A DNA stretch of 64,000 nucleotides from Octopus bimaculoides (lineage: Eukaryota), in NCBI RefSeq assembly GCF_001194135.2, contig NC_068982.1, positions 113,777,881 to 113,841,880 on the forward strand, in the 5' to 3' direction. Within the stretch, counting starts at the first letter, position 1; the number at the start of each line of letters is the position of its first letter. Made by a program: the position numbers and the translations under genes. The notes beneath the pieces were generated by a model. It made no database searches and was not told the origin of the DNA. It saw only the letters and a program-made list of their open reading frames with translations. This document shows, piece by piece, positions 14,879-27,384 of this stretch.

Positions 14879-15136
14879 ATGCGCCTAATGATATATTTCT
14901 TTCATTTTTGTTTACACTTTGTATCTTATTCATTTCTCAGATTATTCAATGTCACATTTGATTTCACTTTAGGATTCTTATCAATATTTAGCTATAACTT
15001 TGAATAACTTGCAGAAACACTTCAGTATTGAAAAAATTAGTTTGCAATAAGTTCAAATTCTGCTGTGGATGACTTTGCCTTTAGGTGATCAATGAAATAG
15101 GTACTAGTGATTAACTGGCAACTGGTTCAATTGACT

Positions 15137-15232
15137 AGTTTTTTGTATTCTAGATAAGATTAGAGATAAGCTTTCAAAAAGTGAAGTTTTTTGTATTCTA
15201 GATAAGATTAGAGATAAGCTTTCAAAAAGTGT
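15137..15232. repeat. 48-bp tandem duplication
   Basis: agttttttgtattctagataagattagagataagctttcaaaaagtg occurs twice. Confidence 0.9.
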
Positions 15233-15505
15233 AGTCATTTCATTTCAGTTGTATTTTTAATATCCCTAAAAATCTAAGTATTTTAATTTTATGCACTCAT
15301 TTCTATAACTTTCTCTATAATAACATAGGACAGAGAATCTAGAATTTTTTTTTTACATTGTGTTGCTGTTTTTTAATGCTTTTGTTTTTACTCTTAAAAT
15401 GACTGTCCTACTAAATTAAATGAAACAAATAAGGTACCTCTGTGAGAGTTGAAACTGGATTCTTAAAAAAACTGGTATACCTTTATAATATTAACTTCTA
15501 ATATA

Positions 15506-15830
15506 AGGCAGTAAGCTGGCAGAGTCATTAGAATGCCAGGTGAAATGCTTGGCAGCATTTCATCAGGGTCAACTTTGCCTTTCATCATTTCAAGGTCAAT
15601 AAAATAAGTACCAGTTGATCACTGGGGTTGATGTAATCAACTTACTCCCTCCCCTGAAATTGCTGGCCCTGTGCCAAAATTTAAAATCAATATTAACTTC
15701 TGATATTAGATACACTGCCTCAGATTTGGGGTAAGGTGGGGTATATTTGATTACATGAACCCATTAAATGACTGGTGTTTATTTCATTGACCTCAGAAGG
15801 ATGAATGGAATATTGACCTTGCTGGAATTA
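15506..15830. mobile_element. Tail-to-tail SINE family B pair (+ 15506-15700; - 15705-15830)
   Basis: Central and tail motifs occur in inverted orientation. Confidence 0.7.
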
Positions 15831-16664
15831 ATAATATCGACTCTGTTTTATCGATCAAATTGTTTTCAGGAAAGTTTTCTTATGCAATACTTAACTTACT
15901 AAAATTCCTCATTCACAATCAAGGAAAACAAAATATTTTTAAAGTTCTAAACATGTAACCATTAAATTGACCACTAAAGTTTTTTGACATAGTTGTCCTG
16001 ACTCTCTCATAATGTTTTTTTAATATTGGCTTGAATTATGAACTATAGTGATATTGCTTACTGACAGCAATAAACACAATGGACAGCTGACATGCTTGCT
16101 TGAGAACTCAATTTACATTGAAGCAACAACTAATCAAGAATTCTTATGACATGAATGCATCAAATAGCAGGACTAACAATATACCTTCACAAGAATATCC
16201 AAGTAGAGTCTTCTGGCTCTACTTTGATTTTCCGTTACTATGCAAACTGTCCAGATTATTATTGAATTATGGTATGATTGTTGTTGTAAACATTTGGAAA
16301 ATAATATTAGTAAATCAATATTTTTCAGTAAGTGATGACCATAAAAGTACCCACCAGGTTACCATAAGGCATTTTTTGGCTCCCTATATAATCATAAATT
16401 TAACAATATAGTTTCATCAATCAAACTGTTGTTTAAGTTTATCAAAAGATCCCTTAAAATAATTTATTTTAGAAGCAATTTGACTATAATGTGGTTGTTA
16501 TGATGGTGGTGGTCATAATAGTGGTAATGATGTTGGTAGTAGTACTAATTTTCTTCTCAGGAATGTATAAATAATTAAACAGCTCTCTAGTATTTACATT
16601 TTTTGGGCATTGCTGGATGAAAGACAAAATTACCCCCAACAGGAATTGAACGCATAATGTAAAG

Positions 16665-16760
16665 CAGTGGTTTCCAACCTTTTTACAGTGGTTCTCAAAC
16701 CTTTTATTTAAATGAGTTTTCCAATGGCCCCCTTTTAATATGCTTATCCTTATATTTATA

Positions 16761-16798
<38 letters not shown>

Positions 16799-16879
16799 TT
16801 AGAATTTTGTTCACAGACCCCACCAGTACTACTTTTGTGGACCACCAGGGGTCCATAGACCCCAAGTTGGGAACCACTG
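16665..16879. mobile_element. hAT (Charlie-like) MITE inserted in a SINE
   Basis: TIRs cagtggtttccaacct / aagttgggaaccactg; 8-bp TSD atgtaaag / atgtgaag (7 of 8). Confidence 0.8.
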
Positions 16880-16951
16880 ATGTGAAGTTACATAACTAAA
16901 TACAGTGAAGCATTAAACCTAATGCTTTATCAATTTTACCAATGCACTGCC

Positions 16952-16952
16952 C

Positions 16953-17011
<59 letters not shown>
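16952..17011. repeat. (GTA)n microsatellite
   Basis: Read directly. Confidence 0.95.
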
Positions 17012-17535
17012 ATTTCAAATTTGATACAGGACCAGCAATTTTAGGGTGAGGGACCCTAGTACATGACTAGTACTTTATTTTATTATCTCCCAAAAGGATA
17101 GAGGATGGAACTTGAGCTCAGAATGTAAAGAACCAGAAAGAATTCTGCTAAGCATGCTAATGATTCTGCCAGCTCAGCACCATAATGATAATAATAAAAA
17201 TCCTTTCTATTATAGACACAAGGCATGAAATTTTGGGGGAGGGGTTAAATTAATTCCATCAATCCCTGTGCTCAACTGGTACTTAAGTTATTCACCATGG
17301 AATGGATAAAAGGCAAAATCAACCTTGGCAGAATTTAAATTCAGAACATAAAGATAGACGAAATACTGCTAAGCATTGTGTCCAGCAGGCTAACAATTCT
17401 GCCAGTTTGCCACCTTAATGATACTAATAATCCTTTCTACTAAATTTTTGGGGAGGGGGCTAGTCACTGGTTCTTAATTTAATGACCCCAAAAGAATGAA
17501 AGGCAAAGTTGACCTCAGCAGAATTTGAACCGCTT
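17011..17535 (-). mobile_element. Three head-to-tail SINE family B copies
   Basis: Copies at 17011-17182, 17200-17418 and 17428-17535, separated by AAT-rich spacers. Confidence 0.8.
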
Positions 17536-17819
17536 AGGGTTTACAGAAATATTGGGGATGGTACAGGACAATACAAGGTGGGATTACATAAAAGCATGTA
17601 AAAAGTAAAATAACAGAAATAGAAAAGTAGAAAATTCGAGTATGTCATGAAATCAACTCTAGTGCTTCATTGGTACTTTATCTTATCAACTGCAGAAGGA
17701 TGAAAGGTAAGGCTGAGGTGGGTAGGATATGAACTTCAAATAGCTGGTACTATCAAAGCCACTCATTTTGCAGTGGAGAAGTTATCGACTTTGGAGAGAT
17801 GATATGAAATATTATATGA

Positions 17820-19698
17820 TGTCTGTAACTGGCTTTCGTTGACATGGAGAAAGCCTTTGACAGAGTCCCCCGATCCCTTATCTGGTGGTCAATGAGGAAA
17901 ATAGGGATAGATGAATGGTTAGTGAGAGCTGTTCAAGCCATGTACAGGGACACTGTCAGTAAGGTGAGGATTGGCAACAAGTACAATGAGGAATTCCGGG
18001 TAGAGGTAGGGGTCCACCAAGATTCAGTCCTCAGCCCCCTCCTATTTATCACAGTCCTCCAGGCGATAACAGAGGAATTTAAGACAGGATGTGCCTGGGA
18101 GCTCCTCTATGCTGACGACCTTGCTCTAATTGCTGAGTCACTATCAGAACTAGAGGAGAAGTTTCAGGTGTGGAAGCAAAGACTAGAATCGAAGGGTCTT
18201 AGAGTCAACCTAGCTAAAACCAAAGTCCTAATAAGTAGGAAGGCAGACAAACCATAAATCCTTTCAGGTAAATGGCTATGCTCAATCTGTAGAAAAGGCG
18301 TAGGTAGAAACTCCATAAGATGTACCTAGTGTAAACTATGGACACATAAGAGGTGCAGCAATATCAAAAGAAGACTAACTGGGAAGATAGTTTTTGTATG
18401 TGGCAGATGTTCAGGAGCAATAAACACTGAAAATGTGCAGAAAACAACTTCTGCCACATTCCAGGGAGAAAAACTAGAAGCAGTTGATAGCTTTCATTAC
18501 CTAGGTGACCAAGACAGTAGCAAGGGTGGGTGTTCTGAAAGTGTAGCTGGTAGAATAAGAATAACCTAGGCAAAGTTCAGAGAGCTCTTACCTCTGCTGA
18601 TGACAAAGGGCCTCTCGCTCAGAGTAAAAGGTAGACTGTACGAAGCATGTGTTTGAATAGCCATGCTACATAGCAGTGAAACATGGGCCGTGACTGCTGA
18701 GGACATGCGTAAGCTTGCAAAGAATGAAGCCAGTATGCTCTACTGGATGTGTAATGTCAGTGTGCATACTTGACAGAGTGTAAATGCCTTGAGAGAAAAG
18801 CTGGTCCTAAGAAGCATCAGATGTGGTGTGCAAGAGAGATGACTGTGCTGGTATGGCCATGTGGTGAGAATGGATGAGGATAGCTGTGCGAAAAAGTGTC
18901 ACACCCTAACAGTTGAGGGAACCTGTGGANNNNNNNNNNAGAATGGATGAGGATAGCTGTGCGAAAAAGTGTCACACCCTAACAGTTGAGGGAACCTGTG
19001 GAAGAGGTAGACCCAGGAAGACCTGGGATGAGGTGGTGAAGCATGAGCTTTGAACATTAGGCCTTACTGATGCAATGACTAGTGACTGAGACCTTTGGAA
19101 ATATGCTGTACTTGAGAAGACCCGGCAAGCCAAGTGAGACCATAACCCCTGGCCTATGCCATGTGTGTAACCAGCCCAGTTATGTATACCTTTCCTTCAT
19201 TGGACACTAAACTCTGCTTGTGAAGACCTGTTGAGGCAAGTGAAATCGAAATCAAATTCGGTGACAGCTCCACTTGACTAGCTAGTGCTAGTGAAGTGCT
19301 AAGAGCACCATTCAAGTGTGATCGTTGCCAGGGCCGCTGACTGGCTCCCGTGCCAGTGGCACGTAAAACGCACCATTCAAGCATGATCGTTACCAGTGTT
19401 GCTTTACTGGCACATAGAAAACACCATTTGAGCAGTACCGCTTGTCTGGCCTTCGTGCCAGTGGCATGTAAAAGCACCCACTGCACTCTCGGAGTGGTTG
19501 GCGTTAGGAAGGGCATCCAGCTCTAGAAATTCTGCCAGATCAGATTGGAGCCTGGTGCAGCCANNNNNNNNNNAGAAATTCTGCCAGATCAGATTGGAGC
19601 CTGGTGCAGCCATCTGGCTCGCCAGTCCTCAGTCAAACCGTCCAACCCATGCCAGCATAGAAAACGGATGTTAAACGATGCTGATGATGATGATGATA
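17820..19698 (+). mobile_element. 5'-truncated RTE-clade LINE (RT C-terminal half, 3' UTR, (GAT)n tail); pseudogenised
   Basis: Translation reads LAFVDMEKAFDRVP...GVHQDSVLSPLLF...LLYADDLAL...KTKV...FHYLGD...WYGHVVRM...GRGRPRKTW with several stops. The ORF ends near 19138; the 3' UTR ends in aacccatgccagcat...gatgctgatgatgatgat. Confidence 0.9.
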
Positions 19699-20844
19699 TA
19701 TATTGGCAAAGACAAACATCAGCGGGAAATCTGAAAGCAGAGTGCTTGAGGATCAAAACCCTTTCTCCAAACCAAATTACTGACCCTTTTATGTCACACT
19801 TGCTTTCAATGAAACCTGTAATCAATGAAACTATGTTAGCCAATTGTAGTAATATATGTAGTTTTTTTTTTCTACCAAGGGAGAGAGTTCTAGCAATGTG
19901 TTAGTCTTATTCTGACTTCTTCAGCATAGCATAACTTTCACCATAGTCATTCAGTACTACTTGCTAAAGTAATACTAAATGAATCACTATGCTATAAGCT
20001 ATCTTTTATATATTTGTATTTAGAGCTTTTAGAATTATGTCTACATATTGTGTACTTGTTCTACTTACATAACCTAATATAATGCAATTAAATTAAATAA
20101 GTAGTGAGAAAATATTTATCAAGCTAATGCTTATATTATATAAATATATCTTTTGAGTTAGATTCGAAAGCATCTAAGTTTGCGACTTATTCTTTATTTA
20201 CTATATGTTTATGGAGTCTGAGATAAACACTCACTCACTTTGAGCAATCCATTCTTCTAAAAATCGGATCATTTAAATAATCTATTTAAATTCTCTGACT
20301 CCTAATTTTAATGGAAAATAAGATTTCCTCATGGGAACATTAGGAGAAAGTCAAGCTAATAATTGGATTTCTGAAAAAGAAGGGAAAAAAAAATACGGAA
20401 AAAGCTTCAGCCAAATATTGCAAATTTTCATTAAAATCTTGATTATATTCTCAAAGGAAGCAGCAGTTAGAAACATAATCCTTTTTCATATTTTTTAAAA
20501 GTATTTTTTGTTAATTTTCTCTTGCTCTTCTAGGTTGACTTATTTTACAATTGAAACATTTGTTTAGATACTTTTTCATAACATCAGCCATTCAGTTATT
20601 GACTGGTAGTATTGGTTAAATGAATGAGTGAATAAATAAATAAAGGAACAACAACAACAACAACAACGATATCAGCTATTGATAAGCAAAATTATAGTCT
20701 GCATAATCGTGATATAAACCCCACAACCAGAAATAACTGATAAATAGAAGGATCTGTTTTTATGAAACTTTTTTGTTTTTATATAAAACCTGACCTGTTC
20801 TCACGAGCCATTGATTGTCATCTGAACCACAGAATAATAAAACC

Positions 20845-21020
20845 AACATGGTAGCCCCTATATAGTTGCTCAATCTGCTAGAAATAGCAGTGAAATCTCC
20901 CTTAAATCATATCCTACCATCTTAAAATATAGGACATTTAATGTAGAAATAAATGGGATGGTCATGGTTGGTATGTCTTCGATCATAGACCTGCTTGATC
21001 AAAGCTGATCTGAGGCTAAA
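20845..21020 (-). repeat. Interspersed repeat family D (SINE-like, unclassified)
   Basis: The motif tttagcyccaggtcag...gcagacct...gaccatc recurs at about 23540 (-), 35122 (+), 51218 (+), 57484 (+), 58380 (-) and 59483 (+). Confidence 0.55.
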
Positions 21021-22210
21021 TAATCTGTATTAGTGGACTCAAATTTTTATTATGGTTATTCTTATAGCTGTAATTACTATAAAAACCATTTTATTCATGC
21101 TAATGTTCCTTAATGTGGCTATTAGATCACTTTATTAAGAATCTAATATCCTTTTTGCTTCCATTGATTCAATTCACTGTAAGACTTCATAATACTGATA
21201 TGCAGTAAACATGCAATTATTTTCTAAAACTCTATTTTTGAGAATTCTAATCCAAGACATTGAAAATTGTATTGAAGATATAAGAAACAGAAAAATTCTG
21301 ACACTCATGCACATACTCACAGATTATTACAAAATGCAGATAGCTCAACCAAACATTCCCTGAATTAGAACAAAAGACAATACAGCAAACTGGAAGTAAT
21401 ACCATTATCTTTCCTTTACTGAAGTCAGCAGCATAAAATAAATCACCAAAGAAAAAAGAAAAAAAAATACTATAAAAGCAAGCATTTGAAAATGGCAACA
21501 TGAAATAATTTAATACATACATAAATACCCCACCAGCTTCTCCTTGTGCTTGATACACTGCCTAAGATTTCTTGGGAATTAAACTTCAGTATAGTCAATA
21601 TTTCCAGGTGCAGAGACAATACACACAGCATGACAAGAGATACAACAGCATCATAGCTAAAACAGTCTTTTATATACTAAACACATCATAACAACACACC
21701 CTCATAGTTTACCAGGCTAGATACAATAACTTCTCTCTCCAGACATCATTCTCTGCTCTACAAGCTACCTCAGTACATGACAAAACGTCTTACTACTCTT
21801 CTAAATTATCTGTCCATCATAATCGCAAATTACTCCTACAGTAATGGAGAAAACACAAACCCCTTCAACAAACTTCAAGAAGCTTAGTAATATCACACAC
21901 ACCAAGAGATAGAATTAAAACACAATCACGGACATAATAGCAAACAAAATGCCTTACAGTATTTGCTCCAGCTCCATGCACTCTGGGTTCAAATCCAGCC
22001 ATGTCAAATTTGCCTCTCATCGTTTTAGTTTTATAGAGCAGCAGACTGGTGGAATTGTTAAATTATTGGATAGGATGCCTAGTGGTAATTGTTCTGACTC
22101 TTAGAAGTTTGAGATCTAATCCCTCCCGCCACTCAGTCAATAGACTTAGTCTGTCAGCCAGTTTGACACCACCAGCTGGTCCTTGGGTATTCTCAGCAGA
22201 GTTCACTCTC

Positions 22211-22429
22211 TTGCAAGCTTTCAAGAGATGTTTCTGGTTTAAGGGTACCTTCATCCCTCCTTCATTAGCATCTCAGAAGCCCTTAAAAGAGGTCATGTAC
22301 CCTAGCCTTCCATTCTAATTGCAAGCTTTCAAGAGATGTTTCTGGTTTAAGGGTACTTTCATTCCTCCTTCATTAGCATCTCAGAAGCCCTTGAAAGAGG
22401 TCATGTACTCTAGCTTTCCATTCTAATTG
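22211..22429. repeat. Tandem duplication with a unit of about 108 bp
   Basis: ttgcaagctttcaagagatg...ccattctaa occurs at 22211 and again at 22319, with few differences. Confidence 0.9.
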
Positions 22430-23100
22430 AAGGATGCAGAAATATAACCATTATTGTAGAAACTCCCCCGCCCCATAAAAAAATGTCCACAAAGCAATAT
22501 TTAAAGCAACATACACCGTAATTATACATCTGAAATGGCCTCTGCAGTAGAAACCAGTGACAATCATGAAAATATTACATGCATTAGATATAAAACTCAG
22601 CATCAAGTGCTTAGAAAATCTGGTAAAAATTTGAATAGCAAACATCTACCTGAAACACTTAGTGATTAAAAGACATTAAGACTTATGGCACAACATCACT
22701 AACCATTCATACAAGCACTGCTAAATCACCTGAATTTGGGAACTTGGTAGAATTATAACATTTTCAAATCTTAACAAAAACCCAGTCAAAGCAATCACCC
22801 TTTTATACACTTCTTAAACCATCTTAGAATGAGTCAACGAGGGGAGCTTCTATATAGCTGCTTGACCTGCTAGAAATAGCTGTCAAATCTTTCTCAAATC
22901 ATTTTCCACCATCTTGAATAAGGAAAGATAATGACTGTACTTGCAGTCTTCTGTGTTGCATTTTGTTGTGATTTGGGGTGCTTGCAAATGATCTCTCTGT
23001 ATTTTATGTATTTTTCATGTGCAGGGGTTTCAGAATCACTCTGTTTCTTACACTCTAAATATAGTATTGAATGCTTTTAGATTAATATTTTCAAAAACCA

Positions 23101-23511
23101 GGAGTGGCTGTGTGGTAAGTAGCTTGCTCCCCAACCACATGGTTCCGGGTTCATTCCCACTGCGTGGCACCTTGGGCAAGTGTCTTTTACTATAGCCTCG
23201 GGCCGACCAAAGCCTTGTGAGTGGATTTGGTAGACGGAAACTAAAAGAAGCCCGTCGTATATATGTATATATATATATGTATGTGTGTATATGTTTGTGT
23301 CTGTGTTTGTCCCCCCAGCACCGTTTGACAACCGATGGTGGTGTGTTTACGTCCCCCGTAATTTAGCGGTTTGGCAAAAGAGACCGATAGAATAAGTACT
23401 AGGCTTCCAAAGAATAAGTCCTGGGGTTGATTTTCTCGACTAAAAGGCGGTGCTCCAGCATGGTCGCAGTCAAATGACTGAAACAAGTAAAAGAGTAAAG
23501 AGTAAGAGTAA
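23101..23511 (+). mobile_element. SINE family A, young full-length copy
   Basis: Same layout as 14462-14878; CpGs retained. Confidence 0.9.
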
Positions 23512-23764
23512 TATACTTGGGATACACTTTTAGAAAATGGAATGATCATAAATAGCTGAAATGCCTTTGATCATAAGTTTGCTTAGTCAGAGCTGGGGGC
23601 TAAAGAATAACAATATCTTACGTTTGTCCTTCACATCAACATATGAAACATCTTTAACAATTTGCAACATTGATTCAAACCATTATTCTTAACCAAATCC
23701 TATTTACAAAGTTTACATCAAGAATGCATGGTGGCTTCAGTATATAATTATGATGATAATGATG

Positions 23765-23960
23765 ATCCTTTCTCTTATAGGCACAAGACCTGAAATTTAG
23801 GGGAGGAGGATAGTCAATTACGTCAACCCCAGTGCATAACTGATGCTTAATTTATCAACCCCGAGAGGATGAAAGACAAAGTTGACCTTGGCGGAATTTG
23901 AATTCAAAACATAGCGACAGGTGAAATACCTCTAAACATTTTGTCCAGCTTGCCGTCTAA
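23765..23960 (-). mobile_element. SINE family B
   Basis: Full layout, flanked by (AAT)n. Confidence 0.8.
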
Positions 23961-23989
23961 ATAATAATATTAATAATAATAATAATTAG

Positions 23990-25413
23990 TCACATATCGC
24001 AGTTCCAGCAAAACTGGTTATTCTCAAATAACCAGAGGCAGTTTTTTAAGGGCTTAAGAAGAAATACAGAAGATAATACACCTGAGGCAGAAGAAACCTG
24101 CCAATTTTGGAATAACACAGTGCTGAGTAGATTTATTCTGTGAGATCCAAATTCCATCACCCAGAGGCTCCACGACAGGACTATGTGCGCATAATAATGG
24201 AAGATGTCATTGCACAGATATCAAACTGGAAGGTAGCAAGACCAGTCAGAATTCAAGGCTACTGGCTCAAGTGGTTTAGGTCAATACACAAGAGAATTGC
24301 ATTGCAGTTAAACAATTGCCTACAGAGCTGTACAGTTCCGGAGTAGATGGTAGAGGGAAGAACAACATTGTTAATGAAAGATCAGTCAAAAGGCAATGAG
24401 GTTGGCAATTACCGACTGATTGCTTGTCTTAACCTCCTATGGAAAGTATTAACAGGTACACTTGCAGGGAAAATATATACGTTCCTTGCGGAAAACAATA
24501 TTCTGCAAGTAGAACAAAAGGGATGCCGAAAAGGATCCAAGCGCACCGAGGACCAACTTGTGATAGACAAGGTTGTAACGAAGAACTGTAAATGGCACTA
24601 AAAAAAAATTATGCATGGCCTGGATAGACTTCAGAAAGGCTTATGACATGTTGCCACATTCATGGATTTTGGAAACACTCAACATGTGTGGAATAGCTGA
24701 GAACGTGTGTGCACTGATTAAGAACAGCTTGCCTAGTTGGAAAACGTGTCTTTCTTGTAACAACCAGCACTTAGCCGAGGTAACAATCAAAAGACTTATC
24801 TTCCAAGGAGACTCTTATTCACCTCTGTTATTTGTTATAGCCTTGATCCCATTTTCTATAGACCTACGTAAAATCAACGTGCACTATGAGCTGAAAAAGA
24901 ATGGACCTCATATCAACCACTTCTCTTCATGGATGATTTAAAACTGTTCAAAAAAAAAAAAAGAGCTTGAAATGCAGAAGCTGGTTGAGACTGAGCAAAT
25001 GTGCAGCAAGGATATAGGGTTGGAATTCGGTATCTTGAAGTGTACGGTGCTTACTTTGAAGCGGGGGAAAAGAGTAAATTGTAGGGGCATAGAATTGCCA
25101 AATGGAGAGTGAATGGAGGGCCCGGATGATGATGGGTACAAGTATCTTGGGATCCTGGAGCTGGACAATATCTTGCACAGAGAAATGAAAGTCAAGGTTG
25201 TCATTGCATATTTCAAGTGCCTCAAACTTCTCTTGAAATCAAAGCTCAACTCAAGGAACCTTGCGACTACCATCAACATATGAGCTGTTGCTGTAGTCCG
25301 CTATAGTGCACCCATCCTGAGATGGACACAAGCGGAGATTGACCAACTCAATTGCACTACCCAAAAGACATTGACAATGCATGGTGCCCTCCACCCCAAG
25401 GCAAATATACACA
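23990..25413 (+). mobile_element. R4/Dong-clade LINE, RT region; pseudogenised
   Basis: GRTTLLMKD...NYRLIACLNLLWK...EQKGCRKG...AWIDFRKAYDMLPHSW...IFQGDSYSPLLF...(frameshift) LFMDDLKLF...YKYLGILE...HGALHPKANIHRLY. Cut off by a SINE at about 25414. Confidence 0.85.
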
Positions 25414-25519
25414 GGCTCTACATGAGGAGAGGAATTTGAACTCAGAACATAAAGACGGATGAAATGTCACTAAGCATTTTGCCTGGCGTGCTAACAATTC
25501 TACCAGCTTGCCACCTTGA
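25414..25519 (-). mobile_element. SINE family B head, interrupting the R4 LINE
   Basis: ggaatttgaactcagaacataaagacggatgaaat...ccagcttgccacc. Confidence 0.8.
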
Positions 25520-25569
25520 AATAAAGTTATAATGAAAGGAAACAACAATAATGATAATAATAATAATAA

Positions 25570-26115
25570 ATGCCCTAATGCAGTACCAGGCAGTGGCTCT
25601 CATGGCTTCTTATCTTAACTGAGTGGAAGTGTTATCATGTATATTGTTTAGTCTTGGTATAAAAGATGGGCTATAGCAAATATTCTGCTCAATACCACAG
25701 ATTTGCTTGTCACTTATTTGACCTTAAACAGTTGAGCATGTCCCTTAGTGCATTTCTGATCACGAGCAGAAGAAGTGGGGGAGCATCATAAACATGTGTT
25801 GACAGGAATTCTTTGGAGTTTGGATAATTCACCTTTGGAAATGTGGGTGTTTCGCTCAACATCCTTAAACAACCCTTATTCAGGGACCTTTTGAACAGGA
25901 TGGGCTACTCAACCTGAAGAAAATTCTAGCTGGGTCCCACCTGCATGTTCATGCACTGTTTATCCTGATATGAGATCCCTGCGTTGTGCACATATGGTTG
26001 TGATACATGTACCTGGTGTACTCTAATCAGACAGGTAGTCATGAGAGGCATACTGGGCTTTGTATATTTTACCCCAGTGTCACTTTGATGGCATGCACTG
26101 CTCTCTCACTCAGTA
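25570..26115 (+). repeat. Interspersed repeat, possibly the 3' UTR of the adjacent R4/Dong LINE
   Basis: GC-richer block between (AAT)n tracts, directly downstream of the R4 RT, ending in ctcactcagtaataaaaata. The family assignment is from recall only. Confidence 0.35.
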
Positions 26116-26124
26116 ATAAAAATA

Positions 26125-26342
26125 TTCTTTTCTACAATAAGCACAAAGCCTGAAATCTTTGGGGAGGGGGCCAGTTGATTAGATTGACCCCAGTATGCAA
26201 CTGGTACCTAATTTACTGACCCAAAAAGGATGAAAGGCAAAGTTGATCTCAGCGGAATTTGAATTCAGAACGTGAAGACAGATGAAATACCACCAAGCAT
26301 TTTGCCCGGCATGCTAACGTTTCTGCCAGCTCGCCGCCTTTC
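26125..26342 (-). mobile_element. SINE family B, young copy
   Basis: Full head, central domain and tail. Confidence 0.85.
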
Positions 26343-27384
26343 AATAATAATGATATTAATTACACACTAACATTCTACTGTCAGTCTTAGCAAATCATTT
26401 TCAATCCATTCCTTTTTATATTAATGAAACCTTTCACCATATCTTCTGATGAGAGTATGGTGAAAGGTTTTATTCATGGAAAAGTGGTTTGGTGGTTACA
26501 GGAAAAATTGTAAGAGTTAAGAAAAGGAATCAAGGACAATTTTCAGTGAGGAATGAGATGCATGCTTGAATAGGATGGCTTATATGGAAACTTTATTTTT
26601 GGATTAAGAAGCCATATCTATGATTGTAGATTCTATGACTTCCATTGTACTTATACACAATTTCCCATGTCTAAAGGTCTTATCTAAACTACATAATGTA
26701 AAGCCCTTATTTCATTAAAAATTGACATATTCTTTCTTGTGAATAATTTCAAGATAACATTAAATCCATCAAAAGATCCTAATGTAGCAACCATTCATTT
26801 GCTTACTACTTGGGAATTATTTACTTCAGTCTAAATGAATATAATAGATCTAAACAATTTTATTTATTTGTTCATATATTTTTTTCAAGAAAATTTTTAA
26901 AAATATAGAAATGATTAAAGTAGTGAAGTATTTCTCCCCAAATCACTTTTGTTTTATTCATAAGACAGACACAGCCTTTATATGTATCAAGTATCAAGAG
27001 AAAATATATTATAAATATACATAAAAAATACTAGCTAGCTAACAATTTGTCATTAACTAGTTGGACAACATAATAATTATACCTCTTAAATGTTTGCCAC
27101 AATTAAGATTGAACTTCTTTCAATGTCAGTCATGATATTGAACAGAATGTTGCTTGCAGTATATCAACTACCTATATTTTCACCTATATAATTACATTAT
27201 CCTCTAGTCACAGTAACCACTTCAAACACACATATACCTTAATATTCACTTGTGTTTATTTTACTTTGTGATCAAACTGTAAATTATTAAATTTCAAAGT
27301 CTCTTTTTTTATGTCTATGACCTTGTCAATGGTGGAAGAGGGCTAGGGTGATCAGGTCATTGACATGATAATAATTATTTAATA

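Noticed and set aside
18868-19001. Direct repeats flanking the 10-N gaps (also 19525-19611)
   Set aside because: Identical sequence on both sides of a 10-N spacer is the signature of an unmerged contig overlap, not biology.
21247-21558. Membrane-protein-looking ORF on the minus strand
   Set aside because: It has no ATG start or clear splice context. It is antisense to A-rich sequence whose + strand has weak LINE RT-like motifs (HHSLLYKL...LLNYLS near 21745-21815), so the hydrophobicity reflects T-richness.
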